Source of the DNA: Devosia sp.
GTDB lineage: Bacteria > Pseudomonadota > Alphaproteobacteria > Rhizobiales > Devosiaceae
Length of the DNA stretch: 64,000 nt
Assembly (NCBI GenBank): GCA_015657675.1
Contig: JACDQI010000107.1
Span: 2,706 to 66,705, forward strand
Direction: 5' to 3'
A program made the position numbers and the translations under genes. Every line of letters starts with the position of its first letter. The first letter of the stretch is position 1. Positions 51,817-61,514 of this stretch are shown piece by piece. The notes below the pieces were generated by a model. The model did not search any database. It was not told the origin of the DNA and saw only the letters and a list, made by a program, of their open reading frames with translations.

Positions 51817-51965
51817 GCCCTTGTCATTGCCTCGGCCTGTTGAAAGCGCGTGGTTCGACCAGCAAATCGGCTGGCGACCTCCTCATGCGGGCGGCCATTT
51901 GCTAGAGCTTTGAGGGGCGTGTGATTCGCCCTTCGCTTTGAGGTGTCGGGAGCTCGACTATCTAG

Positions 51966-54521
51966 ATGGCCATCACGCCGCTCGACGAGGACAGCTATCC
52001 CGATCCCCTGATCAGCCGGCCGCGCAGCGCGGCCTCGCTGTGGCGCGTGGTGGCGCTGGCAGCGTTCTTCATCATCGTGGCCGTCGGCCTGTCGATGCTG
52101 GGCGATCGCATTCCGCCCGATCTGATCCTGGTGTTCCTCGGTCTGCTCGCGGTGGTCGGCGTCTTCTGCCTTTTTGCCATTGCGGCGGGTCTCTTCCGTC
52201 TGACTACCGGCGATGAGACTCGTTCGGTATCGCGCTCGATCGTCGACAGCCTGCCGTTCGGCGCGGTGGTGACTGATCGGGATGGCAAGATCTCTTACGT
52301 CAACGCGTACTACGGCACTTTCCCCGGGAGCCTTACCGATGGCGTGCCGGTGGGTGTGCCGCGGCTCTTTGCCGGCCAATCGGAAGCCAGTGAAGCGATC
52401 TATCGCTTGAGCCGCGCCGCGCGCGATGGGCGCCCCGCCAGCGAGGATATCCAGCTGATCGGCGGCCTCGGCGGTGGATTGGGTGGCAGCAGCAAGGCAG
52501 CCTGGTATCGCGTCAGCGTCCGCTCTCTGCCGCCGGTGGAGAGCGCCAACAAACCACTGGTGCTCTGGTCGGTCGAGGACATCACCCGCGATCGCGAGCG
52601 GCAGGACAATGCCTTCCGCGAACTGCAGCGCGCCATCGACTATCTCGACCACGCGCCGGCTGGGTTCTTCTCTGCTGATGCGAAGGGCTCGATCCAGTAT
52701 CTCAACTCGACGCTGGCCGACTGGCTCGGATACGACCTCGCCGAGTTCGAGACCGACGCGATCAGGCTCGATACGCTGGTGCGCGGCGACGGCGCCAGCC
52801 TCTTGATGCATGGCCGCAGCGACGGCGAGATCCGCACCGAGATCATCGATATCGACCTCGTGCGCCGCAACGGCACGAGTTTTCCGGTGCGCCTCTTGCA
52901 CCGCGCGGCCCGGCTCGCCGATGGCGAACTGGGCGAGACCCGCACGCTGGTGCTCGACCGTCGCGGCGGTATCAATCAGGAAGAGGCGCTGCGCGTCTCC
53001 GAAATCCGCTTCTCGCGGTTCTTCAACGACACGCCGTTTGCCATTGCCACGCTCGACAAAGACGGCCGTATCGTGCGCACCAATGCGCCCTTCAGCCGGA
53101 TCTTTGGCTGGTCCGGTGGCGAGCAGACGATCGAAATGCAGCCGATGGCCGAACTCATCGCCGAGGCGAGCCGCGAGCGCTTCCATGCTGCCGTGGCGGC
53201 GGCAATCGCCAACCGTTCCGAGATCGAGCCGGTCGATGCGCTGCTGGCGCGCGAAGGCGACCACGCGGTGCGGCTTTATGTGTCCGGTTCGGAAGAGAGT
53301 GCGGCTTCGCCCGAGCGGGTGAATGTCTATTCGCTGGACATGACCGACCAGCGCAAGCTCGAAGCGCAGTTTGCGCAGGGGCAGAAGATGCAGGCCGTCG
53401 GCCAGCTGGCGGGCGGCGTGGCGCATGACTTCAACAACGTGCTCACCGCCATCATCGGCTTTGCCGACTTGCTGCTCTTGAAGCACAAGCCGGGCGATCC
53501 GTCGTTCAATGATCTGATGGCGATCAAGAACAGCGCCAATCGCGCCGCGGGTCTGACCCGCCAGCTGCTGGCCTTCTCGCGCCGACAGACGTTGCGCCCG
53601 CAGATCCTCGAGATCACCACCCATATCGACGACTTGACCGTGCTGCTGAAGCGCCTGATAGGCGAGGCGATCACGCTCGACGTCGATCACGGTCACGCCA
53701 TCTGGCCGGTGAAGGCGGACCTGGTGCAGCTCGAGCAGGTGGTGGTCAACCTCGTGGTCAATGCGCGCGACGCCATGCCCAATGGCGGCAAGATCACTAT
53801 CCGCACGCGTAACGTCACCGAGGCCGAAAGCACGGGCATGACCTATACGGGCATGCCGGCCGCCGACTATGTGCTGATCGATGTCGAGGATACCGGCACC
53901 GGCATGCCGCCCGAGATCATCGAGAAGATCTTCGAGCCGTTCTTTTCTACCAAGGAACTGGGCAAGGGCACGGGGCTTGGTCTCTCGACGGTCTACGGCA
54001 TCATTAAGCAGACCGGCGGCTTCATCTATCCGGAGTCGGTGGTCGGCAAAGGCACGACCTTCAAGATCTTCCTGCCGCGCCACATCGCGACCGAGGGTGA
54101 AGTGGTCGCCAAGGTTGTCGCGGCGCCGGTCAAGGACCTCACCGGACACGAACGTATCCTGCTCGTCGAGGACGAGGACAATGTCCGAGTGTTCTCCGCC
54201 CGGGCGCTTCGCACCACCGGCTATGAGGTGTTCGAGGCGGAATCCGGCGAGGTCGCACTCGAGATCCTCGAAGACGAGAACTACCAGATCGACCTGATGA
54301 TTTCCGATGTGGTGATGCCGGAAATGGATGGGCCGACGCTCCTGACCAAGGTGCGCGAGCGGATGCCCGACCTCAAGGTGATCTTCGTTTCCGGCTATGC
54401 CGAAGAGAACGTCCGTCAGGACATTGCCGACAACCAGAGCGTCGAGTTCCTGCCCAAGCCGTACTCGCTCGACCAGATCAACTCCAAGGTCAAGGACGTA
54501 ATGGGCAAGATCTCGGACTAG
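51966..54521 (+). CDS. cckA: Hybrid PAS histidine kinase CckA
   Basis: Two TM helices, PAS domains, [33 protein letters not shown], receiver domain; directly after flhB. Confidence 0.92.
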   Translation: MAITPLDEDSYPDPLISRPRSAASLWRVVALAAFFIIVAVGLSMLGDRIPPDLILVFLGLLAVVGVFCLFAIAAGLFRLTTGDETRSVSRSIVDSLPFGAVVTDRDGKISYVNAYYGTFPGSLTDGVPVGVPRLFAGQSEASEAIYRLSRAARDGRPASEDIQLIGGLGGGLGGSSKAAWYRVSVRSLPPVESANKPLVLWSVEDITRDRERQDNAFRELQRAIDYLDHAPAGFFSADAKGSIQYLNSTLADWLGYDLAEFETDAIRLDTLVRGDGASLLMHGRSDGEIRTEIIDIDLVRRNGTSFPVRLLHRAARLADGELGETRTLVLDRRGGINQEEALRVSEIRFSRFFNDTPFAIATLDKDGRIVRTNAPFSRIFGWSGGEQTIEMQPMAELIAEASRERFHAAVAAAIANRSEIEPVDALLAREGDHAVRLYVSGSEESAASPERVNVYSLDMTDQRKLEAQFAQGQKMQAVGQLAGGVAHDFNNVLTAIIGFADLLLLKHKPGDPSFNDLMAIKNSANRAAGLTRQLLAFSRRQTLRPQILEITTHIDDLTVLLKRLIGEAITLDVDHGHAIWPVKADLVQLEQVVVNLVVNARDAMPNGGKITIRTRNVTEAESTGMTYTGMPAADYVLIDVEDTGTGMPPEIIEKIFEPFFSTKELGKGTGLGLSTVYGIIKQTGGFIYPESVVGKGTTFKIFLPRHIATEGEVVAKVVAAPVKDLTGHERILLVEDEDNVRVFSARALRTTGYEVFEAESGEVALEILEDENYQIDLMISDVVMPEMDGPTLLTKVRERMPDLKVIFVSGYAEENVRQDIADNQSVEFLPKPYSLDQINSKVKDVMGKISD

Positions 54522-55756
54522 TGCTCTGGCCCCGGCAGGCCTATATCGGGGGCAGCGCATCAGCCGGGACGAGTATCATCGACACACCGCTTTCCAAGCC
54601 TGACCAGTTCTTTTCCGCCCTGCAGGCGGCCTTCGCCGATGGCAGCCTCGTGCGTATTGCGCTGCGCGCCTATGTCGGCGACCACGAGGCGCTGAAGACG
54701 GTCGACATCAAGCCGGTGATCATCAAGCGGCAGAACCAGCTGAGCTTTACCTGGCACTACAAGACGCGCGACGTCGTCAAGAACCACGATCTCGACGAGT
54801 CGATGGAGACGCTGCGCGGCATTGTCGGCATCGAGTTTAATCTGGCGCAGCTCTTCACCACTGCCGGCGATTGGAGCCTCGACTTCCAGGGCAAGTCGCC
54901 AAAACTCAAGCAGAGTGCGGCGACGCAGACCGCGCCGGTGTCACTGGCGCATGACCGGGCCAAGGCGCGAGCGATTCCGGCCGGCAAGCCGTGGCTGCGC
55001 GATCTGGGTGTCACCGATGCGGAGGGCAAAGTCATCCCCTCGGCGCAGGACAAGTTCCGGCAGATCAACCGCTATGTCGAAATCCTGGGACCGCTGCTCA
55101 AGGCCATCCGGCCGGACCGGCTCAAGCGTGTCGTCGATATGGGCTCTGGCAAAGGCTACCTGACATTTGCGGTCGCCGACTTTCTGGCGCAGACGCTGCA
55201 GTCTGGGGCGCAGGTGGTTGGGGTGGAGATGCGCCCCGATATGGTGAGACTCTGCAACGAGATCGCCGGCAAGGTGGGCCTCGCCCAACTCGGCTTCGCG
55301 CAGGGCTCAATCGCCGACTATGACAGCGCCGGAGCCAGCGTGCTGATCGCGCTGCACGCCTGCGACACGGCAACCGACGACGCGATTGCCAAGGGCATTG
55401 CGGCGGATGCCGAGCTGATCGTGGTGGCGCCCTGCTGCCACAAGCAGATCCGGCGCGAGATCGAGGCGGCCGCGGCGAGCACGCCGCTCGACTACCTGCT
55501 GCGCCACGGCATCTTCGTCGAGCGGCAGGCCGAGATGGTGACGGATGGAATTCGTGCGCTGCTGCTGGAAGCGCACGGCTATTCGAGCAAGGTGTTCGAG
55601 TTCATCTCCGATCAGCACACTCCCAAGAACGTGATGATCGTGGGCGAACGCACCGGCCGTGGCCGCAATGCTGCGGCGCTGGAAAAAGTCGCCGCCGCCA
55701 AGGCCTTCCTCGGCATCAGGCGGCACTATCTCGAAACGGCTTTGGGGCTGGAGTAG
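54521..55756 (+). CDS. SAM-dependent methyltransferase (Methyltransf_32-like)
   Basis: DKFRQIN, VDMGSGKGYLTF, ALHACDTATD, PCCH, HTPKN; start uncertain (54521-54578). Confidence 0.9.
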   Translation: MLWPRQAYIGGSASAGTSIIDTPLSKPDQFFSALQAAFADGSLVRIALRAYVGDHEALKTVDIKPVIIKRQNQLSFTWHYKTRDVVKNHDLDESMETLRGIVGIEFNLAQLFTTAGDWSLDFQGKSPKLKQSAATQTAPVSLAHDRAKARAIPAGKPWLRDLGVTDAEGKVIPSAQDKFRQINRYVEILGPLLKAIRPDRLKRVVDMGSGKGYLTFAVADFLAQTLQSGAQVVGVEMRPDMVRLCNEIAGKVGLAQLGFAQGSIADYDSAGASVLIALHACDTATDDAIAKGIAADAELIVVAPCCHKQIRREIEAAAASTPLDYLLRHGIFVERQAEMVTDGIRALLLEAHGYSSKVFEFISDQHTPKNVMIVGERTGRGRNAAALEKVAAAKAFLGIRRHYLETALGLE

Positions 55757-55775
55757 GCGGATGCGCCCAAGCGCC

Positions 55776-56092
55776 GGACGACCAGGTGGCCTCCGGATGC
55801 TGGGTAGTGAAGCGGCCCCGGCGAGGCTTTGCCTCAGATGCGGTCTTCCGCGTTGGTAGTGGGCGAAGCGTGGCCTCGCCGGGGACGACCGGGTATGTTG
55901 TCCAGCGCATCAGAACCCCGGGGCACCAGCCGTTCCCCGCACCAAACCAGGCATCCGCGCCGCTGCCGGCATACGGAGGCCCTTTGGCAGGCTGTGCAGC
56001 ACCTGCCGGTGTCCAGCGGGACAAGGCGAACCAGTCCCGATCCTTTCAGCTCCAGCAGGACGGATCGACACCCGTCCCACCCAGTCACGCCC
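55776..56092 (-). ncRNA. Putative large structured non-coding RNA or RNA-like repeat element, family unknown
   Basis: 14-bp terminal stem joining 56077-56092 with 55776-55789, at least eight nested stems, G-U wobbles and a UUCG loop on the minus strand only; no credible ORF. Confidence 0.6.
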
Positions 56093-56195
56093 TCCAACCA
56101 CTCGTCATGATCTCGCTTCGGAAGGGCGATGAAAGAGTTTCGCACGGGCAAAAGGAGCGGGGATAAGTTGGGGCGATCTTTCGCTCGGATCGAGG

Positions 56196-57224
56196 TTACG
56201 CCACCTTGCCGTTGGGCAGGGGTGTGCCGGGGGCGACGAGGCGTTTTTCGGCCAGCGCCGTCCAGAAGTCTTCGGGGATCTTGGTGTTCCACCAGTTCAG
56301 CGTGCCCTGCAGCTCCTCGGGCGAGCGCGGGCCGGTGAGGACGTTGCAGACGGCCGGATGGGTCAGCGGGAACTGTAGTGCAGCCGCGCCGATCGGCACC
56401 TTCCATTCGGCACAGAAGGCTTCGAGATCGCGGACACGCTGCACGATATGCTCGGGTGCTGCGGCGTAGTTCCACTTGCCGGTGCCCATCAGCGCGCCAC
56501 CATTGAACGGCGCCCCGGCGATCACCGAGGCGCCGCGCTTGATGCAGGTGGAGAGGAACGGGTCGAGCGAGGTCTGCTCGAGCAGGGTGTAGCGGCCGGC
56601 GAGCAGGAAGATGTCCCAATCGCCCAGCTCGAAGGCGTCCATCAGGACTTCCCATTCGTTGACGCCAAAGCCGATGGCCTTGACCACGTCGGCGTTCTTG
56701 AGCTCCTGCAGAGCGCGGTAGCCGCCGGTGGCGAGTTGCTTCCAGTAGACGGCGTTCTGCTCGGCGCCGTGAGTCATCACGCCGATGTCATGGACCAGCA
56801 GGATGTCGACGCGGCTCAGACCCAGACGCTGAAAGCTGGCGTCGAGCGAGCGCATGATGCCGTCATAGCTGTAGTCATAGACCTGCTCGAATGGGAACGG
56901 TCGGGCCCAGGCGTGCGGATAGTCGCGCTCGGCTTCCGAGCGGATGGGGCGGAGCAGGCGGCCGACTTTGGTGGAGAGTGCGACGCCGTTCTGGCGATAG
57001 CGCAGGGCATCGCCCACCAGGTGCTCGGCGCGGCCATAGCCATATTGTGGGGCGGTGTCGATCAGGCCGATGCCGGCATCGATCGCTGCGCTGATGGTGG
57101 CGCGGGCCTGGTCGTCGGGCACGTCCTGGAAGATGCCGGCGGCGGTGGCGCTGCCACAACCCAGGGTGGTGACACGCAGGCCGGTCTTGCCGACCTGACG
57201 GGTTTCGAACTCTTGCCTGTTCAT
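56196..57224 (-). CDS. Aldo/keto reductase (D-threo-aldose/L-fucose dehydrogenase-like)
   Basis: DTAPQYG, STKVGR, YDYSYDG, LVHD, LLAGRYTLLEQ. Confidence 0.92.
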   Translation of the reverse strand: MNRQEFETRQVGKTGLRVTTLGCGSATAAGIFQDVPDDQARATISAAIDAGIGLIDTAPQYGYGRAEHLVGDALRYRQNGVALSTKVGRLLRPIRSEAERDYPHAWARPFPFEQVYDYSYDGIMRSLDASFQRLGLSRVDILLVHDIGVMTHGAEQNAVYWKQLATGGYRALQELKNADVVKAIGFGVNEWEVLMDAFELGDWDIFLLAGRYTLLEQTSLDPFLSTCIKRGASVIAGAPFNGGALMGTGKWNYAAAPEHIVQRVRDLEAFCAEWKVPIGAAALQFPLTHPAVCNVLTGPRSPEELQGTLNWWNTKIPEDFWTALAEKRLVAPGTPLPNGKVA

Positions 57225-57297
57225 GCTGATCTCCCCTTTGGCGCCGCCCTAACTGACATGTCAGCCGGATTTGTTCAACGAACCTTTCGGCTTAGAC

Positions 57298-57329
57298 AAA
57301 AGAAAGAGGCGCGCCGCAGGGCGCGCCTC
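57298..57329 (-). terminator. Intrinsic terminator after the sugar-binding gene
   Basis: Minus strand: gaggcgcgcc-ctgc-ggcgcgcctc then tttctttt. Confidence 0.8.
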
Positions 57330-57431
57330 GACAAGGCCAGGGGGCCGCTCAAGTGACTCGACAAGGTTGCCACGTGAGCAACGAGACCGGCGCGTCTCCC
57401 CCAAGCCGCGCCGCGCCCTGACCCGGTTCGC

Positions 57432-58421
57432 TTACTTGCAGATGCCGGCGTCGGCGAGGCTGCAGGTATCAAGGCCGGTGTAGATCGGATCGGGGACCGA
57501 CTCGCCGTTGATCAGCTTGATCAGCACGTCGGGAGCCTCGTTGCCCATCTGGTACGGGCGCTGGCCGATCTGAGCATGGCTCCGGCCTTCCTTGAAGGCC
57601 TGGATCTGCGGCGGCAGGGTGTCGCCGGCAATGATGATCAGCTCCTTGCTCTTGAGCTTGTCCATCACCTGATCGGTGTTCTGGGCGTAAGCCTGCGGCC
57701 CGAACTGGGCCCAGCCGCCGACCAGGATGAAGGCGTCGAGGTCCGGGTGCGCCGTGAAGGTATCGGCCATCTGCTGGTTGGCAGTGGGGATATCGTCATT
57801 GGTGAACACCGGGCAGCCTTCGATTTCGGTCCAGCCGTTCGAGTCAGCAAGGCGTTCGGTTCCCTTGGCACCGGCAATGGTGTCGCGGAAGCCCGCAGCG
57901 CGCTCGTTGATGTTGGCGGCAGCGACGTTACCGAGCTGGAGGCAGACGGTGCCGCCTTCGGGCTTGAGGGTCTTGAGCTGCTCGGCCATGCCGACGCCCA
58001 TGTCGTAGTTATTGGTGCCGAAATAGGTCTTGCGCAGGCCGGCGTCTTCCTTGAGCAGGTCGGCGTCGACGGTCATGATCGGCATGGTCGGGGCCGCGGC
58101 CTTGAGCATGTTGGCCATGGCCGGTGCGTTCGACGGCGAGATGGCGATGCCAGCCACGCCCTTGGTGATCAGATCCTGCACGATCTGCACGGCGCCGGCT
58201 TCATCCGAGCTCAGCGCCGGGCCGGTGTAGAGGCATTCGTACTCGGAATCGGGGTTGGCAGCGTTCCAGTCAGCGCAGCCCTGGCCCATCACCGTGAAGA
58301 ACGGGTTGTCGAGGCCCTTGACCACGATGGCCAGGATCTTCTTGTCCGCTGCTGCGGCCGTCCCGGCCGACAGCATGGCAAGCACGCCGGCGCCTGCCAG
58401 CATGAGCATAGTCTTTTTCAT
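57432..58421 (-). CDS. Sugar ABC transporter substrate-binding protein (RbsB-like)
   Basis: Signal peptide, KGLDNPFF, ISPS, GTNN, ERAAG, GQRPYQMG. Confidence 0.93.
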   Translation of the reverse strand: MKKTMLMLAGAGVLAMLSAGTAAAADKKILAIVVKGLDNPFFTVMGQGCADWNAANPDSEYECLYTGPALSSDEAGAVQIVQDLITKGVAGIAISPSNAPAMANMLKAAAPTMPIMTVDADLLKEDAGLRKTYFGTNNYDMGVGMAEQLKTLKPEGGTVCLQLGNVAAANINERAAGFRDTIAGAKGTERLADSNGWTEIEGCPVFTNDDIPTANQQMADTFTAHPDLDAFILVGGWAQFGPQAYAQNTDQVMDKLKSKELIIIAGDTLPPQIQAFKEGRSHAQIGQRPYQMGNEAPDVLIKLINGESVPDPIYTGLDTCSLADAGICK

Positions 58422-58473
58422 AAGTCGTCCTCCCGTTGGTTAAGTCCGGTTTCCTCAAACCGAACCTCAGAAC

Positions 58474-59454
58474 TCACCCCACGTACCAAATCTTGCGGGC
58501 GTCGGATGGCGCGCGCTGGTAGGCGAAAGCAGAGTCGATGAGCTTTTCTAAGTCGTATTGTGGTTCCCACTCCAGCATATGCCGCGCCTTGGCGTTGTCG
58601 AGAGCATTGGAATAGAGCGATGACTTTATTTGTACGCCAAGCAGGCCGCGCGTGCGTTGAAGATGGTCAGCGACGTCTTGGTAGTCGACCGGCCTGGTCA
58701 TAGCGATATTGAACAGTTGTTGTTCCGCGGCTGGGTTGTCGAGTGCTGCGAGCATGGCGCTGACCAGGTCGTCGACATGCACGAAGTTGCGCTTGAGCGG
58801 CTTGCCGTCGGCCGCAACGATCACTGGAACATTGTGGTTGGCTGCGTACATGCGGCGCTCGGCCCGGGTGATCATAGTCTCCCAGTCCGGGCCGCCGAAC
58901 TGGTCGTCGCCAAAGCTCAGCACGTAGCGGAAGTCGTCCTTTTCCATGATCCAGGGCGCGCGCAGGATGGTGCCGTTGAGCCCGTACTGGATCTGGTACT
59001 GCTCGACCATCACCTCCTCGAGCACCTTGGAGAGGGCATAGACGCCCGGATAGGCGCGGCGCGGCGAGGTTTCCGTCACCGGCGCGTCGTAGGGCACCAT
59101 GCAATGGCCGACGACGCAGTCGCCGCCGATCAGCATGAACTGCTTGGCCGTCGGGCTCTGACGGAACTCCTCGAGCAGCCAGAACATGCCTTTGACCGAG
59201 ACGTCCATGGCCTGCTGCGGGTCTTCCTTGACGGTCGCCATATGCACGACATGGGTGATCCCATCGAGCGCCGCCTTGACCACGTCGCGACGCTCGATCG
59301 AGCCGCGCACGGTGTCGAGGCGCGGTTGGGTCGGCAGCGTCCGGTTGTGGCAAAGCGCCCGCACGCGTACCTCGGGCCAGCGTGGGTCGGCCAGAAGGCG
59401 CGCCACAAATTGCTGGCCGACCTTGCCGGTCGCGCCTGTGACAAGAACGTGCAT
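58474..59454 (-). CDS. NAD-dependent epimerase/dehydratase
   Basis: VTGATGKVG, YALSK (YxxxK), RNFVHVDD. Confidence 0.9.
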   Translation of the reverse strand: MHVLVTGATGKVGQQFVARLLADPRWPEVRVRALCHNRTLPTQPRLDTVRGSIERRDVVKAALDGITHVVHMATVKEDPQQAMDVSVKGMFWLLEEFRQSPTAKQFMLIGGDCVVGHCMVPYDAPVTETSPRRAYPGVYALSKVLEEVMVEQYQIQYGLNGTILRAPWIMEKDDFRYVLSFGDDQFGGPDWETMITRAERRMYAANHNVPVIVAADGKPLKRNFVHVDDLVSAMLAALDNPAAEQQLFNIAMTRPVDYQDVADHLQRTRGLLGVQIKSSLYSNALDNAKARHMLEWEPQYDLEKLIDSAFAYQRAPSDARKIWYVG

Positions 59455-59480
59455 TGAAATCCTCCCGATACAAATACTAA

Positions 59481-59498
59481 TAATATCGATCGATATTA
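59481..59498. promoter_or_regulatory. Perfect 18-bp palindrome, candidate LacI-family operator
   Basis: TAATATCGATCGATATTA in the divergent promoter of the sugar locus. Confidence 0.65.
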
Positions 59499-59718
59499 GT
59501 CAACGCGTCGTGAGCGGTTTTTGCGGCGGTGCGGTTTGAAATAGGGCGGGCGGCTCCGGCCGCCAGCGCTTATGGATGACGTCTCAGGATGACTGGGCAT
59601 GCTGGAGGGCGTGCCGGGTCAGCGGTCGATTGACAGCCGGTGGGGCAGCGATAGGCTTTTCCGCGGGGGGGAATGTGCGACCGCAAGTATCGTGCAGAGG
59701 GTAGGGAGGACCAGCCGC

Positions 59719-60447
59719 ATGGCTGTACTGGAACTGGAGGGTGTGTCGAAACACTACGGCGCGATCCACGCGCTCAATGATGTTTCGCTCAAGATGGAAG
59801 CGGGCGAGGTCGTGGGCCTGGTCGGCGACAACGGCGCCGGCAAGTCGACGCTGGTCAAGATCATTGCCGGGAACTTTCATCCCACGCATGGCAGGATCCG
59901 CATCGAGGGCAAGGAGACCAATCTCCATAGCCCGGCCGACGCGCGGTCCAAGGGGATCGAGATCGTCTACCAGGACCTCGCGCTGGCGGACAACCTGACG
60001 GCCGCGGCCAATATCTATCTGGGCCGCGAGATCACCCGGAACGGCATTCTCGATTATCGGGCCATGTACAAGCGGGCGGGCGAACTGTTCGCCGAGCTGA
60101 AGTCGGAAACACGACCGCGCGATCTGGTGCGTCGCATGTCCGGCGGCCAGCGGCAGGCAGTGGCGATTGCCCGTACCCGGCTCTCCGACCCCAAGATCGT
60201 GCTGATGGACGAGCCGACCGCAGCCATTTCGGTGCGGCAGGTGGCCGAGGTGCTCAACCTCATCCGCCGGCTCAAGGACCAGGGCATCGCGGTGATCCTG
60301 ATCAGCCACCGCATCCCCGACGTGTTCGCGGTGTGCGACCGGCTGATCGTGCTGCGGCGCGGCAACAAGGTGGCTGACAAGCGCGTCGCCGATTCATCGC
60401 CGCAAGAGGTGACCGGGCTCATCACCGGCGCCATAGAACACGCCTAG
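59719..60447 (+). CDS. Sugar ABC transporter ATP-binding protein (single domain)
   Basis: GDNGAGKS, VYQDLAL, MSGGQRQ, MDEPT, ISH. Confidence 0.95.
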   Translation: MAVLELEGVSKHYGAIHALNDVSLKMEAGEVVGLVGDNGAGKSTLVKIIAGNFHPTHGRIRIEGKETNLHSPADARSKGIEIVYQDLALADNLTAAANIYLGREITRNGILDYRAMYKRAGELFAELKSETRPRDLVRRMSGGQRQAVAIARTRLSDPKIVLMDEPTAAISVRQVAEVLNLIRRLKDQGIAVILISHRIPDVFAVCDRLIVLRRGNKVADKRVADSSPQEVTGLITGAIEHA

Positions 60448-60457
60448 GAGGGGAAAC

Positions 60458-61474
60458 ATGAGCGCTGACAGCACTTTGGCCGAAGTCATCGACCGGCAGA
60501 CCAACCGCACGTTCTTTTCCTGGCTGATCGGCCGGCAGGTGTTCTGGGTGAGCCTGGCGACGGTCCTCGCCATCATCTACCTGTCGCTGGCCACCACCAC
60601 ATTCGACACGCAACAGAACATCTTCAACGTCACCCGCAACTTCGCCTTCGTGGGCATCGTTGGCCTCGGGATGACGGCGGTGATCATCACCGGCGGCATC
60701 GATCTGTCGGTCGGTTCGGCTGTGCTGATCTCGGCCATGACGACAACGGTGATCATGCATGCGGGCCTGCCGATCACCCTGGCGCTGCCGGCGGCGATTG
60801 CTGCCTCGCTGCTGGTAGGCTTCATCAACGGGTTCTTCATCGCAGTGGTCGGCCTGCCACCCTTTGTGGTGACGCTGGGCATGATGTCGATCGCGCGGTC
60901 GATCGGCATGGTGATGTCGAACAACGCGCTGATCTACGAGTTCGGTCCGGATCAGGCGATTCTGTTTGCCATCGGCGGCGGCTCGGTGCCGATCTTCGGC
61001 ATTCCAGTGCCCAACCCAGTGCTGGTGCTGATCGCGCTGGGCCTTTTGACCGGTTTTGCGCTGCGCTGGACCAAGTGGGGCCGGCATCTTTACGCCATTG
61101 GTGGCAATGAACGTGCCGCGATCCTGACGGGTGTTCCAGTCAAGACCATGAAGATCTCGGTCTACATGTTTGCCTCGTTCTGTGCGGGTATTACCGGCTT
61201 TCTGCAGACCGGGTGGCTGGGCAGCGTCACGACGGGGCTTGGCACTGGCCTTGAACTGACGGTGATTGCCGCAGCGGTGATTGGTGGCGCCAACCTTGCT
61301 GGCGGCACGGGCACTGCCGTCGGTGCCATTGTCGGGGCGGCACTGATCGAGGTGATCCGTAACAGCCTCATCCTTTTGGGCATCAGCACCTTCTGGCAGG
61401 GCACATTTGTAGGGTGCTTCATCGTTCTGGCAGTTGCATTCGACCGGCTGCGCAACAAAGATACGGGGGAATAA
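60458..61474 (+). CDS. Sugar ABC transporter permease (RbsC-like)
   Basis: GGIDLSVG, PPFVVTLG, AIGGNERAA, ELTVIAAAVIGG. Confidence 0.95.
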   Translation: MSADSTLAEVIDRQTNRTFFSWLIGRQVFWVSLATVLAIIYLSLATTTFDTQQNIFNVTRNFAFVGIVGLGMTAVIITGGIDLSVGSAVLISAMTTTVIMHAGLPITLALPAAIAASLLVGFINGFFIAVVGLPPFVVTLGMMSIARSIGMVMSNNALIYEFGPDQAILFAIGGGSVPIFGIPVPNPVLVLIALGLLTGFALRWTKWGRHLYAIGGNERAAILTGVPVKTMKISVYMFASFCAGITGFLQTGWLGSVTTGLGTGLELTVIAAAVIGGANLAGGTGTAVGAIVGAALIEVIRNSLILLGISTFWQGTFVGCFIVLAVAFDRLRNKDTGE

Positions 61475-61514
61475 CCCGGGTACTCCTCCGCCCGGGGCCC
61501 CGGAATTGGTACGA

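Noticed and set aside
51813-54560. 915-aa minus-strand ORF
   Set aside because: Exact antisense shadow of cckA.
55716-56166. Short ORFs on both strands of the 55.76-56.19 kb gap
   Set aside because: No RBS, motif or codon bias seen; the base-pairing explains the region better.
57327-57366. 10-bp direct repeat ctcgacaagg
   Set aside because: Too short, overlaps a terminator, and has no enclosed element.
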